A stretch of DNA of 64,000 bases from Leptonemataceae bacterium. GTDB taxonomy: Bacteria; Spirochaetota; Leptospiria; Leptospirales; Leptonemataceae. Below are positions 59,267 to 64,000 of this stretch, piece by piece (within the stretch, counting starts at the first letter, position 1; each line of letters begins with the position of its first letter). The position numbers and the translations under genes were made by a program. Below the pieces are notes generated by a model. The model saw nothing but the letters and a program-made list of their open reading frames with translations. It was not told the origin of the DNA and did not search any database. The stretch lies in NCBI GenBank assembly GCA_965227295.1, contig OZ245742.1, positions 3,008,001 through 3,072,000 of the forward strand, in the 5' to 3' direction.

Positions 59267-60061
59267 TCAGGCGTCCTCTAAGACTCCGCGTTCGCGCAGT
59301 AGTTCTGCGGAGAGCCCGGTGGCCTCAATGACCGTGGCCGGATCGATCCCGAGTTCCAGCAAGCGCCGGGCAGTGTCGAGTTTGCCTTCTGCAATGCCTT
59401 CTTCACGGCCTTCTTCAATGCCTTCCTGGCGAATCCAATCGTAGACGGGAGACTCAAACATCAACGGACCTGCCTGGCGCATGATTTCCCGCGCACGCTC
59501 GGGATCGTGGATTCCAGTATAGATGTATAAAACCGAAAGTAAACTCGTTTTTTCATCCGGTGATAGGTTGTCTTCGTTTTGGATGCGTTGTCTTGCGCGC
59601 TCGACATACTGGTCGCCGTCCTGCATCAGGGGGATAAACGGCAGGATCGACACCCCGGCATCAATATAATCTGCTGCGGGCAATTCCCAGAGTTTCACAA
59701 GATGATAGCGAAATCGCAGGGCGTGGTCCGCGTACACATCTCGCGCGCCGGCATGCGGCCGAATCAAAAATACAAGCGCATCCACCGGCAGGCGATAGCG
59801 CAGCCAATAACGTGCATGGTACTCCACCAATCGCATGGGCAGGCCCGTCTCCCAGTTCGTCTGGTACTCTACTAAGACGACACGTTCCTCTCCGGATGCC
59901 AGAGTCATACGAACCGGCGCGTCGGATCGACGGACGTTGACGGTTTCCGTCGGCAGTTCGTCGAGAGTCTGAATTGCCGACGGCCGGACCTGTAGGAACT
60001 TTTGTAAGATCTCGTGTCCGCTGATCTGCATGAATTCTTTGGATGCGATGTCGTACTGCAT
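59267..60061 (-). CDS. Rpn family recombination-promoting nuclease/putative transposase-like (PD-(D/E)XK)
   Basis: YDIASK, RRSD, LVEYQT, MRLVEY, LPFIPL, EGIEEGREEG repeat, HTH-like tail ATGLS. Confidence 0.8.
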   Translation of the reverse strand: MQYDIASKEFMQISGHEILQKFLQVRPSAIQTLDELPTETVNVRRSDAPVRMTLASGEERVVLVEYQTNWETGLPMRLVEYHARYWLRYRLPVDALVFLIRPHAGARDVYADHALRFRYHLVKLWELPAADYIDAGVSILPFIPLMQDGDQYVERARQRIQNEDNLSPDEKTSLLSVLYIYTGIHDPERAREIMRQAGPLMFESPVYDWIRQEGIEEGREEGIAEGKLDTARRLLELGIDPATVIEATGLSAELLRERGVLEDA

Positions 60062-60229
60062 GACGCGGCCTGCCAGAGCTGCGTCCAGTATATCAGATCC
60101 GGGTTGGTGTCAAGGAAGAAATGTAGAATGGATCGCGATGTGCGGGCTGCTTTATGAATCGCCTGTAATGTCTCGCAGTCAGGATGCTGCGGTAGTCACG
60201 AGTGGTGAAGCAGGGGATAGGGTGCCCTT

Positions 60230-60721
60230 TCAGATTTCACGGATATATCGAATGGGAATGAACGAGATGTTTTCCGTCTGATCTAGCTTCCCGTCATCTT
60301 CGGCGCCCGTTACGGCGATGCCGACGACTCGACCGCTCTTATTGAACACTGGTCCGCCACTGTTTCCTGCAACAATACCCGAGTCGAGCAGGATACGTTT
60401 GATTCCGGAAACCATTCTATGGCCCGTGATTCGGACTTCCTTTCGGATGCCGGAGTCTCCATGGCGATAGTTTGGAAAGCCGCATACATATAGTGTTTCT
60501 CCGGTGTGGTAAGATGCGTTGTATTCCGCCTGAAAAGGGATTGTAGACACGGATGAATAGCACTCACAGACTGCAAGGTCGATGTCGGACGACCTTTTCA
60601 CTAAGTTGAGGGAGAAACTCTTGGTATCCTGATCGCGCAAGAAGGCTTTCGAATCTGCAAATACGACATGATCGCAAGTTACAATGCCCAGATCTTCCAA
60701 GGCGAATGCTGTTCCCTGCAT
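60230..60721 (-). CDS. Trypsin-like serine protease (retron effector; in frame with RT, domain extends to 60787)
   Basis: GTAF, VTCDHVV (His), DIDLAV (Asp), GFP, GNSGGPV (Ser), VVGI. Confidence 0.9.
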   Translation of the reverse strand: MQGTAFALEDLGIVTCDHVVFADSKAFLRDQDTKSFSLNLVKRSSDIDLAVCECYSSVSTIPFQAEYNASYHTGETLYVCGFPNYRHGDSGIRKEVRITGHRMVSGIKRILLDSGIVAGNSGGPVFNKSGRVVGIAVTGAEDDGKLDQTENISFIPIRYIREI

Positions 60722-60787
60722 AGCCTCCTGCTCAGATTCTACAACGAATATGCTGTTCCACTCAGAAATCGGAGGTGGTGCGACAAT

Positions 60788-61774
60788 TTAATCTGGAAGC
60801 ACGGATCTGAGTCTATCAAAGTAATTCTGATACACGGGATGATAAGGCCCCAATATCGCATATAAAAAGCTGAGCTTGCCGTTGATATGATGTACCAAAG
60901 ACGGATCGCGATCGCGGTATCGATTCCTATTTGCATATTTCGTTGAGAACTCTTCTTGGGTTTTCTTCAGGTCTTCCTTCCGTATTTTGCTGTAAATCGC
61001 TCTGAGCTCTCTTATGAATTTTCTGCCCGGAGTGACCGAGCTAGTCACTCGTAGGCCGGTGACGATTCCGCCGTTACTACCGTAGTAGAATTTTTGTTTC
61101 CGGCGGTTAATATGAAACCCATTTTCTTGGATGCAGTCCTCTATAGTATTCTGTAGAGATTGAGGTAGTTGGCCCGGGGATGACAGGTATTTCTTACTGC
61201 GGGATGAAAATGTAAGGTCGTCGGCGTAACGAGTATAGAATATCGAATATTCTCGGGCAACGGAGAGAAGATCGCGATCCATACTTCTGCAGACGATGTT
61301 AGACAGGATCGGAGATGCCGGAGAGCCAAGCGGAAGTGCGTTATCCAATGTGCTTAGCCTTGAAATGGCAACCGCGACTTGTTTATTGAAGCAAAAAGGT
61401 CTACCTCTTAGAGCACCGAGCACTCTTCCGAAATTGATAGAACCGAAAAAGTCCTCAAGATCCAGATTTAGAATCCACGCCGCGCCAACGTGCTGCCTGG
61501 CATTCGTGATAATACTCCGGCCAGTTCTGAAACCATGAGTCGAGCCCGGCGCAGTGTACGATTGTTCCAAAAGGGTTTTGATTTTCCTCTGCAAGGCTTT
61601 GAGGTAACTACCCGGGGCCGCAATTTGGCGGGCCTTTCCTTCGTATTTCACAATTTCGTGGCGACTGTAGAAGGAGGGCAGGTAGGCCTTAAATGCAAAG
61701 AACTCTAACCCTTTGTAGCTAACATTCAAAATTTGTGCGAGCTGGTGTAGGTTCCCCGGATAATTCGTTTCCAT
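60788..61774 (-). CDS. Retron-type reverse transcriptase
   Basis: RQIAAP, HGF, NARQH (retron NAxxH), DLEDFFGSI, LPLGSPASP, YTRYADDLTFS, IVTGL (retron VTG); ATG 61774 with GAGG upstream. Confidence 0.93.
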   Translation of the reverse strand: METNYPGNLHQLAQILNVSYKGLEFFAFKAYLPSFYSRHEIVKYEGKARQIAAPGSYLKALQRKIKTLLEQSYTAPGSTHGFRTGRSIITNARQHVGAAWILNLDLEDFFGSINFGRVLGALRGRPFCFNKQVAVAISRLSTLDNALPLGSPASPILSNIVCRSMDRDLLSVAREYSIFYTRYADDLTFSSRSKKYLSSPGQLPQSLQNTIEDCIQENGFHINRRKQKFYYGSNGGIVTGLRVTSSVTPGRKFIRELRAIYSKIRKEDLKKTQEEFSTKYANRNRYRDRDPSLVHHINGKLSFLYAILGPYHPVYQNYFDRLRSVLPD

Positions 61775-61785
61775 AAGTAAAAATA

Positions 61786-61912
61786 GCCTCGTTAGAGTTC
61801 GCACTCTGATACATCAACCGACTACAGTCAGTCGCAAAGTCACATAAAGCGTTCTCAGGATTCATGTCCTGAATCGGCTGCAGTAACAACAGCCTTGAAA
61901 AACTCTGGAGGC
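61786..61912 (-). ncRNA. Putative retron msr-msd ncRNA
   Basis: Terminal arms GCCTCCAGAGTT (61912-61901) / AACTCTAACGAGGC (61799-61786) enclose hairpins at 61876-61894, 61855-61872 and 61819-61834; directly upstream of the retron RT. Confidence 0.6.
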
Positions 61913-62135
61913 AGTTGCAAATGGGCCTTCCCAATGCTCACATTTATTGTTATTAGTAGGATCAAAACTAGTTATAGTGGGTTTAGGGTCAATACAATAA
62001 GCCAGCCTGATATCCCGTCGTCTTACTGAAGCTCTCATCCTCCTGTAAAATCTTCCCCATCTGCCACCGCCCGCCAGAATGTCAGCCCCACGCAAAAAAT
62101 CGCAACCGAATCGCCCCATCGGCACGCCTTCTCTC

Positions 62136-62151
62136 CGGCACGCCGGTTGCA
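62136..62151 (+). promoter_or_regulatory. Putative sigma54 (-24/-12) promoter of hsp20
   Basis: CGGCACG-CCGG-TTGCA with exact GG-N10-GC spacing, ~55 nt before ATG. Confidence 0.65.
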
Positions 62152-62205
62152 ATCCTCTTACCAACAGCAGCGGCCGACCGCCGCACATAGACTGGAGGAA
62201 CAACA

Positions 62206-62610
62206 ATGGCAGCATTAACGAAATACCGTACCCCGAGTCTCCTGGACCTCTTCTACGATGAAGAGCGGCGCCCGGAAAGCCGGAAGTACCGCCCGGCCGT
62301 AGCCGTACGCAAAAACGAGGCTGAGTATCAGCTCGTCGCCCATCTGCCGGGCGTGCGCAAAGAAGACTTGAACATCGCCGTGGAAGACGGCGTGCTCAAG
62401 ATCAGCGGCAAAGTCGCGGCGCACGCGGCGGAAGGATACGAAACCATCTACGACGAACTGCACGGCGCCGCCGAGTTCGAGCGCAACCTGAAGATCGATG
62501 CACGTCACTTTCAGGTAGATCGCATCGAAGCGAAGTTAAGCGACGGTGTGCTGACGGTAAACCTGCCGGTGGCCGAGGCGGTGAAGCCGCGGCAGATCAG
62601 CGTGGGTTAA
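62206..62610 (+). CDS. Hsp20/alpha-crystallin small heat-shock protein
   Basis: LPGVRKEDL, LKISG, FERNL, AKLSDGVLTVNLP, PRQISV; GGAGG RBS. Confidence 0.92.
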   Translation: MAALTKYRTPSLLDLFYDEERRPESRKYRPAVAVRKNEAEYQLVAHLPGVRKEDLNIAVEDGVLKISGKVAAHAAEGYETIYDELHGAAEFERNLKIDARHFQVDRIEAKLSDGVLTVNLPVAEAVKPRQISVG

Positions 62611-62623
62611 GAGAATCAAATAT

Positions 62624-62668
62624 AACCACCGAGGCACCGAGGACACTGAGACCGGTGCCCCGGTGGTT
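62624..62668. terminator. Hairpin between convergent genes
   Basis: AACCACCGAGGCACCG...CGGTGCCCCGGTGGTT. Confidence 0.55.
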
Positions 62669-62678
62669 TACCCCTCTT

Positions 62679-63875
62679 TCACTTCAACATCCACCGCACG
62701 TGATTGTAGTTCCACTCGATATCGTCCACCGTGCGTTCGCTTTCCGCGAAGCGGCCGATCTTGCGCGCATCGCAAACATAACCGCCGCGAACCTTTGAAA
62801 GATAGCGCCCGGCCCGTCGTTTCCAGAACCGCCCCAGGCGATCCTCGGCGTAGGTCGCGTCCGCGAGCGGCGAAGGCGGGCACTCCGGATGTTCGCGGAG
62901 CCGCGCAACGATCTCCAGGTAACGCTCGCGAAATTCCGCGCGCGTAAACGCATCGCGGCCCCGCCAATCGTGCAGGACCGCGGCGACGGCGTGACTCGCC
63001 GTGGGGATCGTGTTTTCCGTTAACGTGCGCCGGCCGTCATCTAAGAAATCCTCAATGCGTTCCCGTTCCGGCGGTGACACCGGCGGTCGCAGACGCAGGA
63101 ACGCCGCAATGCGGCCGAAGACGTCCGGGCACAGTTCATCGTAACTCATGGAGCCGAAGATCGTGCGCGCGTTTTTGCGACAGGCGAAGACGCCCATGAA
63201 ATCCTGGAGTTGCAGCACACGACCGTCGTGGCGGTAAGCGCCCTCGGGCATAATGAAAAACAATCGATTGTGATGTTCGAAGTCCTCCTGCACGGCGACG
63301 AGGGAATGCAGCGTCGTGCGGCGCGCGGTTTTGACGAAGGCGTCGTAGCCGAGGCCGGTGAGCCGCCGCCCGGCGAAGATCGTCGGATCATCGTATGCTT
63401 CCCGCTCGGGAACATCGCGTCCTTCGCGGTAGACCGGATGACAGTGCACGCCTTCGAAAATTCGTTTCACGAGCGCGCCGAGGGATTTCGCCGCGCCAAG
63501 GCCGAGCGGCCGGAGCAGCGTGTTCCGCTTGATGAACGGCGGCATGAGATCGCGGTATGGGTAGATGGGACCGAAGAGACCGCCCTGGGCAATGATCGTG
63601 AAGTCCTGGAAGCATTCGATCGGCCGGCCGATCATGAACTCGATGATGGAGTATACGTCGAGGGCCTTCTTGTGCGAGAACGCCAGGATCGGCGCCGGTT
63701 CGTCGCAACGCGGTAGATGTTCGTAGCCGTCGACGTAAAGTTCTTCTAATAAAAGGGGCAGCCGACCAATGCAGCGAAAGCGCGCGCCCCAGCGCACGGC
63801 CGCCGGTCCGACCAGTTTCGCCAGTTCGGCGCGGCGTTGAAGATTGCGACGGGACAGCGGGCGAACGGCGATCAT
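62679..63875 (-). CDS. Glycerolipid acyltransferase-like protein
   Basis: SHKKALD (HxxxxD), FIMPEG; start uncertain. Confidence 0.6.
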   Translation of the reverse strand: MIAVRPLSRRNLQRRAELAKLVGPAAVRWGARFRCIGRLPLLLEELYVDGYEHLPRCDEPAPILAFSHKKALDVYSIIEFMIGRPIECFQDFTIIAQGGLFGPIYPYRDLMPPFIKRNTLLRPLGLGAAKSLGALVKRIFEGVHCHPVYREGRDVPEREAYDDPTIFAGRRLTGLGYDAFVKTARRTTLHSLVAVQEDFEHHNRLFFIMPEGAYRHDGRVLQLQDFMGVFACRKNARTIFGSMSYDELCPDVFGRIAAFLRLRPPVSPPERERIEDFLDDGRRTLTENTIPTASHAVAAVLHDWRGRDAFTRAEFRERYLEIVARLREHPECPPSPLADATYAEDRLGRFWKRRAGRYLSKVRGGYVCDARKIGRFAESERTVDDIEWNYNHVRWMLK

Positions 63876-64000
63876 GCGAATCAAGGAGTTTGTTCGTTTG
63901 CAGGGGCTACGCAAGCCTTTTTGTTGCGAACACGATGAGAGCGTATAGATCTGGTGCGTGCGGGAAACGCTGTTAGAATTCCGAACGCCGGCCGAGCGCC

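Noticed and set aside
59267..60061. Active IS element mobilising the retron
   Set aside because: No terminal inverted repeats or target duplications seen; Rpn-like proteins are not demonstrated transposases.
60788..61804. RT as group II intron, DGR or CRISPR-associated RT
   Set aside because: No maturase/X domain or intron RNA flanks, no TR/VR repeat pair, no cas1; NAxxH and VTG motifs indicate a retron.
1..64000. tRNA/rRNA genes, integrase, prophage genes
   Set aside because: None recognised by eye; a tRNAscan/Infernal run would be needed to exclude them formally.

Overview
GC-rich bacterial chromosomal window, very likely from a Leptospiraceae/Leptospirales spirochaete. This is inferred from 7TM-DISM sensor kinase and SpoIIE proteins, MBOAT plus DUF1574-type partner, and FecR/ECF and lipoprotein families. 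Most of it is ordinary housekeeping, signalling and envelope genes (msrA, hscC plus J-protein, uvrC, mnmC, plsC, terC, znuBC-like, hsp20). The standout is an AT-rich island at ~60.2-62.0 kb (minus strand) encoding a retron: a structured upstream ncRNA candidate, an RT with NAxxH/YADD/VTG motifs, and a trypsin-like serine protease. The protease is in the SAME frame as the RT, separated only by one TAA and 22 open codons that already look like protease sequence, i.e. an RT-protease fusion split by a single stop codon. It abuts a full-length Rpn/PD-(D/E)XK-like gene, and an orphan C-terminal fragment of that family with a conserved internal RBS lies 18 kb away. Other accessory signals: a tandem EVE-like/KAP NTPase fusion lacking its Walker B segment, an AT-rich two-gene islet, a family of structured intergenic repeats, TetR operator arrays and a sigma54-type promoter. 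All calls are by eye from motifs; no database searches were run.
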